Assembly (NCBI GenBank): GCA_963758735.1
Contig: CAVWWT010000004.1
Location: forward strand, 166,579-230,578
Length of the DNA: 64,000 nt
Source: an uncultured Verrucomicrobiae bacterium
Lineage (GTDB): Bacteria; Chlamydiota; Chlamydiia; Chlamydiales; Rhabdochlamydiaceae
Direction: 5' to 3'
Part shown: positions 29,121 to 38,050 of the stretch, piece by piece
Layout of the letters: every line of letters starts with the position of its first letter
Numbering within the stretch: the stretch's first letter is position 1
Notes under the pieces: model-generated
What the model was told of the DNA's origin: nothing
Databases searched by the model: none
What the model saw: only the letters and a program-made list of their open reading frames with translations
Translations under genes and position numbers: made by a program

Positions 29121-29628
29121 AAAGAGCCTTCAGCGCCATTTCATAATCGGGTTCCTGAGCAATCTCGGGAACCTGTTCTGTATAAACTACCAGGTCCTTC
29201 TCATCGATCACAACAACAGCTCTTGCGCAAATGCCGGCAAGAGGTCCATTTTCTATGAGCACACCATAGGCTTTTGCAAAATCTTTGGAGCGCATCATGG
29301 AAAGGGGAATGATGTTTTCGACATTTTCCGCAGCGCACATCCTTTTTTGTGCAAAAGGGAGATCGGCAGAGATGACGAGTGCCACCACTTCGGGATGTTT
29401 TTTAATTTCTTCATTGAATTTCTTAGTCGAAAGGGAACATGTAGGCGTGTCGAGGCTTGGAACAATCGATAGGAGTTTCCTTTTGCCTGCATAATCTTTA
29501 AGGGACATGTCTTTCAGGGTGCCATCTGTGAGTAGGAAGTCGGGCGCTTTGGATCCGATAGGGGGAAGATTTCCATTTGTACGGATCGGATTCCCTTTCA
29601 AAGTGATGTCTGCCATTTCTGTCTCCAT
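29107..29628 (-). CDS. tpx: Thiol peroxidase (atypical 2-Cys peroxiredoxin)
   Basis: SIVPSLDTPTC, ISADLPFAQKRMC, ARAVVVID, EPDY. Confidence 0.96.
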   Translation of the reverse strand: METEMADITLKGNPIRTNGNLPPIGSKAPDFLLTDGTLKDMSLKDYAGKRKLLSIVPSLDTPTCSLSTKKFNEEIKKHPEVVALVISADLPFAQKRMCAAENVENIIPLSMMRSKDFAKAYGVLIENGPLAGICARAVVVIDEKDLVVYTEQVPEIAQEPDYEMALKALFRQT

Positions 29629-29744
29629 GTTAATAACCCGATCATATCAAAATTTCTACTTACCTGAAAACGTTTGATTTAAATTTAAAGATTGGATTAA
29701 GCTCCTGTGGACTTTTTAGCCAGAATCGATTTTTAGGAGGATGG

Positions 29745-30317
29745 GTGAAAGAACAATATTCAAGTACATGCGAGACTGCAGCTTTTAGGGTGCAATTTTG
29801 GTTCGGAAGAGATAAGGCCAACTTACTTCATCTGAGATATACAGAATCCCAATCTCAGGAATTTTCCAAAAAGTACAAATGCAATCTCGTCTCTTCCTTC
29901 CGGGTTCCTTCTCAAATCGATCAGCTACCGCTTCAGAATTTTGTCTTCTCAAAACAAAAAAGGCATGTTAAAACGCGCTATGTAACAGCGGGTAAACCCG
30001 AGGAATCAATTGGAATCGCAATTGATTCGTCCCATTGCTGTGCGAGCCAAAAAAACTTCAATGATATCGCTCCGGAATGTGTTCTTTCGCCTGCAAGGGT
30101 CGCCTACAGCAAACTTAAGGAACACTTTTTCGCTTCTAAAAGGCTGAGGAGCATTTCCAATTACCAGAATCCTGGGCCCAAACGACATGATGTCACTCCC
30201 ATTAAGACTCAAACTGTGGAAGAGTTGTCCCAAAAACCTCAGTTTCAAGAATGGGGAATATTCAAGGAAGAGCGCCAATTCCAAATTTGCAGAGTTATTA
30301 AGTATTTAACCGATTAG
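29745..30317 (+). CDS. Hypothetical protein
   Basis: 190-aa GTG-start ORF filling the gap between tpx and the methyltransferase; no motif recognised. Confidence 0.4.
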   Translation: MKEQYSSTCETAAFRVQFWFGRDKANLLHLRYTESQSQEFSKKYKCNLVSSFRVPSQIDQLPLQNFVFSKQKRHVKTRYVTAGKPEESIGIAIDSSHCCASQKNFNDIAPECVLSPARVAYSKLKEHFFASKRLRSISNYQNPGPKRHDVTPIKTQTVEELSQKPQFQEWGIFKEERQFQICRVIKYLTD

Positions 30318-31063
30318 TCTCGGCGCTTCGCAATTCCTAAATAACCCGTGCTTAAGTTTGGGCTGAATTTGAATTCGAGCCGTTTATCTACTTTTCTGGT
30401 CGCTAGACTTTTCCAAAAGGCCTTGGAAGCGATTTTTGGACTTAGCCCTTGCATTTCTATTACAGGTAGACCTGATGCTTCGCACCAGTTTTTAAGCTCA
30501 GAGGGTTTAATGAAGTAGGAATGAACATGCATATTCGCAGGGGTGTTGGGAACACACCACTCAACGCCTTTAATAACAATCAGCCAACTTAAGAGATTGC
30601 GATTAAATGTGTGAAAGAAAAAGAGTCCGTTTGGTCTGAGCAAGCGCGCAGCTTCGCGGATGATTTGTGCCGGCATTTCTACGTGTTCTAGAAAATCCAT
30701 TGCGCATACGACATCAAAACTCTGATCCGAAAAGGGCAATGCAAAGGCGTCGATTTGCATGTACTTCACAGATTTTGTGGTGTCTCGAAGTGCTGCGACC
30801 CCCAAACTTTTTGCAGACAGGTCAATCCCGGTCAGGCGGTGGCCATCAACAGCTAGCGCATTGGTTAAAAATCCTGCGCCGCAACCGATATCCAGGATAT
30901 CAGCAGAAGGTCCGACAAGGCTTCGGATCCTCTCCTGGATCCATGGATTTCGCGCCAAGTTCTCTGCGCGCAACAAGGCAATGGGATGGAGCTCATCATC
31001 ATACCACCCCTCTCCCAATTCTTCATAAAATGCGTTATTTACTCGGGGAGCTTGTCCTTCCAT
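30314..31063 (-). CDS. UbiG-like SAM-dependent O-methyltransferase
   Basis: ILDIGCGAGFL, GIDLS, FDVVCAMDFLEHV, LRPNGLFFFHTFNR. Third gene of the PKS operon. Confidence 0.88.
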   Translation of the reverse strand: MEGQAPRVNNAFYEELGEGWYDDELHPIALLRAENLARNPWIQERIRSLVGPSADILDIGCGAGFLTNALAVDGHRLTGIDLSAKSLGVAALRDTTKSVKYMQIDAFALPFSDQSFDVVCAMDFLEHVEMPAQIIREAARLLRPNGLFFFHTFNRNLLSWLIVIKGVEWCVPNTPANMHVHSYFIKPSELKNWCEASGLPVIEMQGLSPKIASKAFWKSLATRKVDKRLEFKFSPNLSTGYLGIAKRRD

Positions 31064-31539
31064 ATGAAATTCCAGTAGATGATTTGATAGGTTAAAAAAA
31101 CAGCGATACAAGCGTTCTGCCAGAGTAGCATTAGCCGCAATGCATCAGAGTAGGGGATTAGGCTTTGCAGCCATGAAGGGGAAGTTGCGCCCTGAATAAT
31201 AGGCCATAACAGACCTGCAGATGTCAGGACAATAGGATGATTGAGAAAAAGCAGCGCATGGAGCCATTGTTCAGATGCCGGGCAGCAGTCTTTATGCACA
31301 AACTCATCTTTTGTCACAAAGATGCAGGAAAAAATCGCAAGTCCGATATAGACCTTTAAAAAAAGTGCGGAGTAAGGAACAAAAAGGACAAAGGAAAAAC
31401 ATCCAAGAACAGTCAAAGTATCCAGGGGATGGCCAATCCTTTCCCATTTGGGAAGCCCGCGTCTGACATGGAAATAAAACTCATCAAACGTGATGACCAG
31501 CATTTGAATTACAAAGGGAAGCAGGAGTAAGAATTGCAA
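31039..31539 (-). CDS. Multi-TM membrane protein in the type III PKS operon
   Basis: AAGGAG RBS and TTG start. FDEFYFH..RGLPKWERIGHPLD, TKDEFVH, EQWLH; about four hydrophobic helices. Confidence 0.75.
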   Translation of the reverse strand: MQFLLLLPFVIQMLVITFDEFYFHVRRGLPKWERIGHPLDTLTVLGCFSFVLFVPYSALFLKVYIGLAIFSCIFVTKDEFVHKDCCPASEQWLHALLFLNHPIVLTSAGLLWPIIQGATSPSWLQSLIPYSDALRLMLLWQNACIAVFLTYQIIYWNFIWKDKLPE

Positions 31540-31543
31540 GGTT

Positions 31544-32683
31544 TTATGCTCCTTTCTCGAACAGCCCGCCGGCAACGCTTAGCCCAGGACCAAATGCCAA
31601 ACTGATAATGCGCGCTTTCTTCGGCACTTGCGGATCTTTTAACATTCTCTCCCAGATGTGGGGCAGAGTTGCAGAGGACATATTGCCATAATACTTTAAT
31701 ACATGAACAGAATGATCGATCTGGTGCGTTTGCAGCCCGAGCAACTCTTTGATTTGAGCTAAAATCTTTGGACCTCCGGGGTGGATAGCAAAGAAGGAAT
31801 CCCGTATCAGCTCTTCCGGGCTTAAGTTTGCAAGCTGAGCTAAACGCTCAATATAGCCTTTGATTGCCCTCGAAATAAATACAGGCACTTCCCTGGATAA
31901 GGTCATGCTAAGTCCTTTATCCTCGCAGCGCCACGTCATGCAATGAGAGGAATCGGGAATGGTCTCTTCATGCAAGCTTAAAATTTTTAAATGGGGCTCA
32001 TGAGGTCTATCTGCTGTGACGGAGTATTTGATAAATCCATCTGCAAAGAGGCTTTGCACAACTAACTGTTCCGTGCTGTGGCGCAAGGGATGCATGTGCA
32101 AGCTGCAAACTTCCGTGTGGACGATATCTACAGGTTTTGCGGTGGGTGAAGACAATGCCGTATAGCCTGACGCAATGCGGATAGCGGGGATCGAGCTGTA
32201 GCATCCCATGTGATAGGCATGAGTCACAGTGGTTTTTTCTCCTGCATTGCGCAATGAAACGAGCTTTTGGGCAGGGCTTGGAGCGACATAACCTGTACAG
32301 GTCGCATGAATGATATGGGCAGGTAAGTTCTTATCGTCAGGATAGAAACGCTCAAATATTCGAGTCACTTCCCTATCAAAAAAATGGCTTTTCTCAGCAA
32401 AACCATGTCCATGCGGAGTTTCTTTAACAGGGTAGATCTCCATCTTTGACCAATCCTGTTGTAATAGATCGCTGATGTGGATCCCTTTGCTCTGGATCCT
32501 GTCTTTTCCGAGTCCCAGCCCAGCCATTTTTTCCTGAATTTGAGCGCGAAAGGTTCCAAAATCCTTATTTTCAAAGGCTTGCGCAGCGTGCGCATGGGCA
32601 TCTGCAATCCAATCTAGAATTTTTTCCTGTTCAAATTCGTGGTGGGGCCGGATATGGCGAAAGTTGCTTAAACAACAGGGCAT
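31544..32683 (-). CDS. Type III polyketide synthase (chalcone synthase-like)
   Basis: Cys-His-Asn triad in HMGCY, IHPGGPKIL, YGNMSSAT; also LFADG and AFGPGLS. Confidence 0.93.
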   Translation of the reverse strand: MPCCLSNFRHIRPHHEFEQEKILDWIADAHAHAAQAFENKDFGTFRAQIQEKMAGLGLGKDRIQSKGIHISDLLQQDWSKMEIYPVKETPHGHGFAEKSHFFDREVTRIFERFYPDDKNLPAHIIHATCTGYVAPSPAQKLVSLRNAGEKTTVTHAYHMGCYSSIPAIRIASGYTALSSPTAKPVDIVHTEVCSLHMHPLRHSTEQLVVQSLFADGFIKYSVTADRPHEPHLKILSLHEETIPDSSHCMTWRCEDKGLSMTLSREVPVFISRAIKGYIERLAQLANLSPEELIRDSFFAIHPGGPKILAQIKELLGLQTHQIDHSVHVLKYYGNMSSATLPHIWERMLKDPQVPKKARIISLAFGPGLSVAGGLFEKGA

Positions 32684-32700
32684 CGATAAATCCTTTGTTT

Positions 32701-33519
32701 CTAAATAATTAGGGTTAGACCTGTAAGCGCGAGGACAACTGCAAAAATTTTGCGTACTTTTCCAGGGTCAATCTCATGGCAAAGTTTAGCGCCGTAAGGT
32801 GCCGTAAAAAATGCCGCTGCACCGATGATTAAAAAAGCAGGGATGTTGATCAATCCTACTGTATCCATGACTGGAACCTCTCCCAATCCCAAGATCAGAT
32901 AAGAAATTGTGCCACAGATTGTCGTAACGAGGGTTGTGGCAGCCGATGTGCCGATTGCAACCTTGTCTTTCATCTTGAACCCCGTCAGCATGGGAACCGT
33001 CATGCTGCCGCCGCCAATCCCAAGCAAATTGGATAGGGCTCCAATAGAGCAGCTAAACATATTTAAGAGAAGGGGAGAGGGGAGTTTATGTGTTTTTATC
33101 GATGTTGTCTTTTGTGTGTAAAATTTTACAGCCAGCAAGATGAGGAAAAATCCAAAGAAGATCTCAAGGATGACTGTTGAAAGCCAAATAGCTACGATAG
33201 CCCCAATCAGAGAGCCAATGATCACTCCCGGAACCAGTTTTTTGAATACATCCCAGTTAACCCCTTTTCTCTTGTTGTGAGCTATTGTTGCAGCAAGCGT
33301 GTTGAAGATCATCGCAGCAAGGGACGTCGCGATTGCCATGTGCATCAGATAGGCCTGAGGGTACCCGAGATATTTAAAGAGGATAAGCAGGCAAGGGACA
33401 GTAATCACCCCGCCTCCAATCCCAAGCAATCCCCCTAGGACCCCTGAGACGAGTCCTACAACGACATAGGCAATGTAAACAATCAGAAGTCCCACAATAC
33501 TCCAAGCAATAGAAACCAC
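32701..33519 (-). CDS. Sulfite exporter TauE/SafE family protein
   Basis: GLLGIGGGVITVP, ATSLA, LGIGGGSMTVP, GAKL. Confidence 0.9.
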   Translation of the reverse strand: MVSIAWSIVGLLIVYIAYVVVGLVSGVLGGLLGIGGGVITVPCLLILFKYLGYPQAYLMHMAIATSLAAMIFNTLAATIAHNKRKGVNWDVFKKLVPGVIIGSLIGAIVAIWLSTVILEIFFGFFLILLAVKFYTQKTTSIKTHKLPSPLLLNMFSCSIGALSNLLGIGGGSMTVPMLTGFKMKDKVAIGTSAATTLVTTICGTISYLILGLGEVPVMDTVGLINIPAFLIIGAAAFFTAPYGAKLCHEIDPGKVRKIFAVVLALTGLTLII

Positions 33520-33662
33520 ATACTATAAGCGGGATAAAAAAAACACTATCAAAATGATCCTCTCTTGTGGCATTGCTAAGGTTATGCCGTGCCGAGCGTG
33601 TACTTTTTTATTTGCTTTTTCCGTCTTTCTCAAGGAAAATGCCAGAAATCTCATTATAGGTA

Positions 33663-34220
33663 GTGATGGACGTCCCAAAAATCACGTTTAGAAAAGCAGT
33701 CAAAGCGGACAAGAAACTGGTTCATGAATGGTTGGATAAGCCTCATATCAAAGAGTATTGGGATGCGAGCAAGAAGATGCGGGAAAATTTTGATTCCTAC
33801 CTGAAAGAGAGCAAACCCTTCTTGGATTTTTGGATCTGCTCTTTGGATAAAGAGCCTTTTGGCCTGATCAAGGCATCGGATGCCACAGAACCGGATCACG
33901 ATGAAGAAAGGGAGCTCGATTATTTTATACCCTGGACGGAGCTCGAAGGAGTGACTCTCCTTGTTGATTTTGCAATCGGCGAAGAATCTTTTCTGGGTAA
34001 AGGGCTCTCTTCTGAGACATTAAAACAATTTGCTAAAATCCAGGAACCCTCCGTTACAGCTTTTCTTGCTGATCCGGAAGCAAAAAATGAAAGAGCCGTA
34101 CATGTCTTTGAAAAGGCGGGATTTGCCAGAATCACCACTTTTATTAGAGGTAAAGGCTTCTTCAAAGGAAAACCACACTATCTTTTAAAACTAAAGATCA
34201 TGCATAATACTTCCGAATAA
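33663..34220 (+). CDS. GNAT acetyltransferase (AAC(6')-Ib/IucB-like)
   Basis: WLDKPHIKEYW, DFAIGEESFLGKGL, DPEAKNERAVHVFEKAGF. Confidence 0.85.
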   Translation: MMDVPKITFRKAVKADKKLVHEWLDKPHIKEYWDASKKMRENFDSYLKESKPFLDFWICSLDKEPFGLIKASDATEPDHDEERELDYFIPWTELEGVTLLVDFAIGEESFLGKGLSSETLKQFAKIQEPSVTAFLADPEAKNERAVHVFEKAGFARITTFIRGKGFFKGKPHYLLKLKIMHNTSE

Positions 34221-34234
34221 TTAGGAACACATTT

Positions 34235-35989
34235 ATGCATCTAACCTCTTTTATCTGGAAATTTGTAAAGATCCAGCGATGGAAGTTTTTCTTTATTTTC
34301 CTTCTCTCACTCGTTTGGTCGCTTGAGACTGTATTCATGCCTTATATCCTTCGACTTGCGGTGGATACTTTTACCGCGTATGATAGCGACCGAGGAGCTG
34401 CACTGTCTCATTTGAAATGGATTTTAATGTCCGGTGTCTCCCTCTGGGTTCTTGTGGAGTCTGGTTTTCGCACCAGAGATTTTTTGCAGGCGAGAGCTTT
34501 CCCAAAAATAGAAGCAGATATCCGTTTAGCGATGTTTGATCATATTCAACACCACTCGCCGAAGTATTTTAATGAGCATTTCGCAGGAAGTCTGTCCAAT
34601 AAAATTAGCGATATGGTTACCCAGGCGACTTTGATCCTTACAAATTTGACGACTTTCATTCCTACTTTGGCAGGCAGTATTTTATCCCTTTTATTCTTCT
34701 TCCGGGTAAGCCCCCTTTTTGCGCTCATTTTAGGCGTCTGGATTGTACTGCATTTCTCCGTTTGTTTTGCCTTTGCGCCAAAATGCGTAAAATATTCCGA
34801 TATCCATGGAGAAGCGCGTACCTCTCTTACCGGAAAAATTGTCGACAGTCTGACCAATAATTTTGCAGTCAACCTTTTCTGCCGTTTTCAGTATGAGAAG
34901 GCGCGCATCACACCTTGGCAAAAAGAGGAGCAGGAGAAAGGTTATAGGGCTAAGCGTTATACCGCACAGATGTTCTTGGTCCTTTCCCTCCTATTTCTTA
35001 TAGGAATGGTTTCCTTAAATGGCCTAGCCATTTTTTATTGGATGCAAGGCAAAATAACAACCGGGGAAATCATTCAAATCTTTAATACAATTATGGGTGT
35101 GACCTTCCTCATCTGGTTTTCCGGCATGGCTATCCCTCAGTTTCTCGAATCCATCGGCATTGCGACCCAGGCGCTCAACGTGATGCAAGACCCCCAAGAT
35201 GTCATAGATCCTCCCCATGCGGCGCCTCTTGCGATCAGAAAAGGTGAAATCGTCTTTGAAAATGTCTCCTTCCACTACGGAAAAAAGAAGCTGTTCGACA
35301 GCAAAAATGTCCATATCAGGGGAGGGGAGAAGGTGGGTCTTGTAGGTTACTCGGGAGCCGGGAAATCGACCTTTGTCAACCTGATTCTACGCTTTTTTGA
35401 TGTTGAGAAAGGGAAGATTTTGATCGATGGCCAGGATATTGCTGGCGTCACTCTTGAGTCTTTGCGCAACCAGGTAGCGCTGATTCCCCAAGAGCCCTTG
35501 CTCTTCCACCGCTCTCTTGAGGATAATATCCAATATGGGCGGATAGATGCCTCTAAAGATGAAGTGATCCAAGTCGCAAAACTTGCGCACTGCGATGAGT
35601 TCATCAAAAAATGCCCAGACGGCTATGCAACTCTAGTAGGGGAGAGGGGAACCAAACTATCTGGCGGTGAAAGGCAGAGAATTGCCATCGCTCGTGCGAT
35701 GCTTGCAGCTCCTCCTATTCTCATTCTCGATGAGGCCACGTCTGCACTCGACTCCGTCACAGAGAAGTACATCCAGGAGAGTTTGGAAAAACTCATGGAA
35801 AATCGGACGACGATTGTGATTGCGCACCGCCTATCCACACTTGCTAAAATGGACCGCATTTTAGTGTTCGATCAAGGCAAAATCGTCGAAGAGGGGAGCC
35901 ATCTGGAACTGCTAGCTAAGAGTTCGCACTATGCCCACATGTGGCAGCTTCAGGCAGGTGGCTTTTTGCCCAGCGGCCCTCAAGCATGA
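34235..35989 (+). CDS. ABC exporter, fused permease/ATPase
   Basis: TM domain, GYSGAGKST, LSGGERQR, ILDEATSALD, IAHRLST. Confidence 0.95.
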   Translation: MHLTSFIWKFVKIQRWKFFFIFLLSLVWSLETVFMPYILRLAVDTFTAYDSDRGAALSHLKWILMSGVSLWVLVESGFRTRDFLQARAFPKIEADIRLAMFDHIQHHSPKYFNEHFAGSLSNKISDMVTQATLILTNLTTFIPTLAGSILSLLFFFRVSPLFALILGVWIVLHFSVCFAFAPKCVKYSDIHGEARTSLTGKIVDSLTNNFAVNLFCRFQYEKARITPWQKEEQEKGYRAKRYTAQMFLVLSLLFLIGMVSLNGLAIFYWMQGKITTGEIIQIFNTIMGVTFLIWFSGMAIPQFLESIGIATQALNVMQDPQDVIDPPHAAPLAIRKGEIVFENVSFHYGKKKLFDSKNVHIRGGEKVGLVGYSGAGKSTFVNLILRFFDVEKGKILIDGQDIAGVTLESLRNQVALIPQEPLLFHRSLEDNIQYGRIDASKDEVIQVAKLAHCDEFIKKCPDGYATLVGERGTKLSGGERQRIAIARAMLAAPPILILDEATSALDSVTEKYIQESLEKLMENRTTIVIAHRLSTLAKMDRILVFDQGKIVEEGSHLELLAKSSHYAHMWQLQAGGFLPSGPQA

Positions 35990-36075
35990 TAGGCTGGCAA
36001 CTCTCCATCTAACAATTTTCGGCTTGAAAACAAATTTGTTGTCGAAAACCAAACGGCGTAATAAAATGAAAGAAT

Positions 36076-36139
36076 AAATGGGTCGGGACTACCCAACCGG
36101 CGTTAGGCTCCAAGGGAAACCTTGGGGCCTTTCGCTTTC
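36076..36139 (-). ncRNA. Candidate DUF3800-associated structured RNA at the gene's 3' end
   Basis: Minus strand GAAAGCGAAAGGCCCCAAGG-TTTC-CCTTGGAGCCTAACGCCG-GTTGGG-TAGT-CCCGAC-CCATTT: two hairpins plus GCG/CGC pairing. Confidence 0.55.
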
Positions 36140-36895
36140 TAGGGGAAATACAACCGGACCAGGTAAGCCGGTCTTAGTTTTCATATTCTGATAGAACTTA
36201 TTTTCTAAGATCTTTAATGCCCTATTAGGCTGCTCAGTTCTCAATACAGACAATCCTGAAGGACGGGCCACCATATCGGCAAATTGAAGACCTTCGGAGT
36301 TCGTTTTTTTGTCGGCTATGATAACGCTGAATGGGAGTGCGGCTTGAAATGAATTATTACCATCACAGACCCGTTGAAATTCCTTCTCTAATGCAAGATC
36401 CTCTGTTCGTCCACGGGCTTCGAAAACAATGTGCGTTATTTGATTCTCCTGTCCATGAAGTTGCATAAATTGATATATCTATTCCAAGCCAAGACGCATT
36501 GCTAGGTGATAGATGTGAATGGATTCTAAATCTAGGTTTCCTTTTTTCATTGCATACTTGTCTATGACAATTGGAATCAGTATAAAATCTGTTTTGGCAA
36601 TAAGGCTAGATAACTTTTCAAAAAACAACTCTCTCGGTTCCCTGCTTAATAGCTTAAAAAGCCCTTCTTTTTTTCGAATCTCATGCTCATGTAAAATGAT
36701 CATATCATGCCCAAAAGTTACAAACTTGAGCATACGCAAAGCTGGTGTAACAATATGTGAGTAGTATTCCTTGCGAAAAATACAGAATGAAAGAACGAAA
36801 ATGGGGTAATATGGGTTGATGTTCCCAAGGCTGTGATCTCCGCTCTCATCAACATATACAATGTATTCGCCGTATTCGGTGGGTGAGTTCTCCAT
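36089..36895 (-). pseudogene. DUF3800 family protein interrupted by one in-frame TAG (36479-36481)
   Basis: YVDESGD..PIFVL..LHEHEIRK, then GLE*IYQFMQ continues in frame into VFEARG..GLQFADMVARP. Confidence 0.85.
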
Positions 36896-37039
36896 TAAAT
36901 TATTTCCAATATTTTATTTGAGATGGAACTCTACCTACTTGATTAAATAATTTCTACTTGTAATTTTGTGAAATCTGCAGAAGTCGCTGTTTAGAGTGCG
37001 TAAAAGAAGGTTGTTCCTTTGAGCATCCATAGTTCAAAA

Positions 37040-37978
37040 TTATTTCTGAACCTGGAGCACTATTTTGCCTTTAGTGTGACCTTTTTCGATTTCTTCGATA
37101 GCAAGAGCTGCCTGATCTAGGGGCATTTGCTTAATAGTTGGAAGCTTTGCTTTTCCAAGCTCAAATAGTCGCGTAATTTGTTCAAGCTGTTTACCATTTG
37201 GTTGGACAAAAAGATATTCTGCGCGGACCCTAAATTTTTGTGCTAAATCGCTATCTGGTTTCTCCAGAATGCTGACAATCCTGCCGCTCGGCTTTAAAAC
37301 CTCAAAACTCTGCCGATAGACATCTCCTACGATTGTGTCGAGAACGACATCAATATTGGATATCCGCTCAACAAAATTGTCCTTTTTGTAATCGATGACC
37401 TCATCCGCTCCTAATTGTTTCACATATTCCGATTTGGCTGAACTTGCTGTCGTAACCACCCTTGCACCATGAAATTTTGCCCATTGGATCGCATAACTTC
37501 CGACACCGCCGGCGCCTCCATGGATGAGTACCTGCTCGCCGGGTTGCAAATTCGCCTTTTCAAAAAGCGCTTGCCAGGCAGTAAGTCCTGCAAGGGGAAC
37601 CGCGGCTGCTTCGGTCATGGATAGGTTTTTTGGGATTTGCGCTCCATCAACTGCTGGAAAAGTAAAATACTCCGCCCAGCTTCCCCATTGCAAGTGAGGT
37701 TTACGGCAGAAGACATAGACTTTGTCTCCTTTTTTAAATGTTGTGACACCCTTTCCCAAGGTATGGACGATGCCTGATGCTTCCCATCCCAAAATGAGGG
37801 GAAATTGATGGGGCATGCGCGATTGCAATAACCCTTTTGCGATTTTTGCATCGACTGGATTCACTCCGGCATAGGCAACTGAGATACAGACCTCCCCAAC
37901 CCCCACTTCGGGCTGAGGGACTTCCCCGATCTCGATATTGCCAGGATAAATAAAAGATTTGATGTGCGCTGCTTTCAT
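37040..37978 (-). CDS. NADP-dependent quinone oxidoreductase/zeta-crystallin-like MDR
   Basis: AGVNPVD, ILGWEASG, AAAVPLAGLTAWQAL, GGAGGVG, GKIVL. Confidence 0.92.
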   Translation of the reverse strand: MKAAHIKSFIYPGNIEIGEVPQPEVGVGEVCISVAYAGVNPVDAKIAKGLLQSRMPHQFPLILGWEASGIVHTLGKGVTTFKKGDKVYVFCRKPHLQWGSWAEYFTFPAVDGAQIPKNLSMTEAAAVPLAGLTAWQALFEKANLQPGEQVLIHGGAGGVGSYAIQWAKFHGARVVTTASSAKSEYVKQLGADEVIDYKKDNFVERISNIDVVLDTIVGDVYRQSFEVLKPSGRIVSILEKPDSDLAQKFRVRAEYLFVQPNGKQLEQITRLFELGKAKLPTIKQMPLDQAALAIEEIEKGHTKGKIVLQVQK

Positions 37979-37999
37979 AACGCTCTTATACCAAAATTA

Positions 38000-38038
38000 C
38001 AATGCCCAGACAAAAGATTTAAATTTGTCTGGGCATTG
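38000..38038. terminator. 15-bp hairpin between the NTT stop and the oxidoreductase start
   Basis: CAATGCCCAGACAAA / TTTGTCTGGGCATTG. Confidence 0.55.
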
Positions 38039-38050
38039 GACCGATTTTTC

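Noticed and set aside
30314-31063. Naming the methyltransferase ubiG
   Set aside because: Its context is a type III PKS operon with no other ubi genes nearby; family similarity alone does not fix the substrate.
36479-36481. Programmed amber readthrough or pyrrolysine in DUF3800
   Set aside because: No pyl genes in the window and other genes use TAG as a normal stop; a point mutation is simpler.
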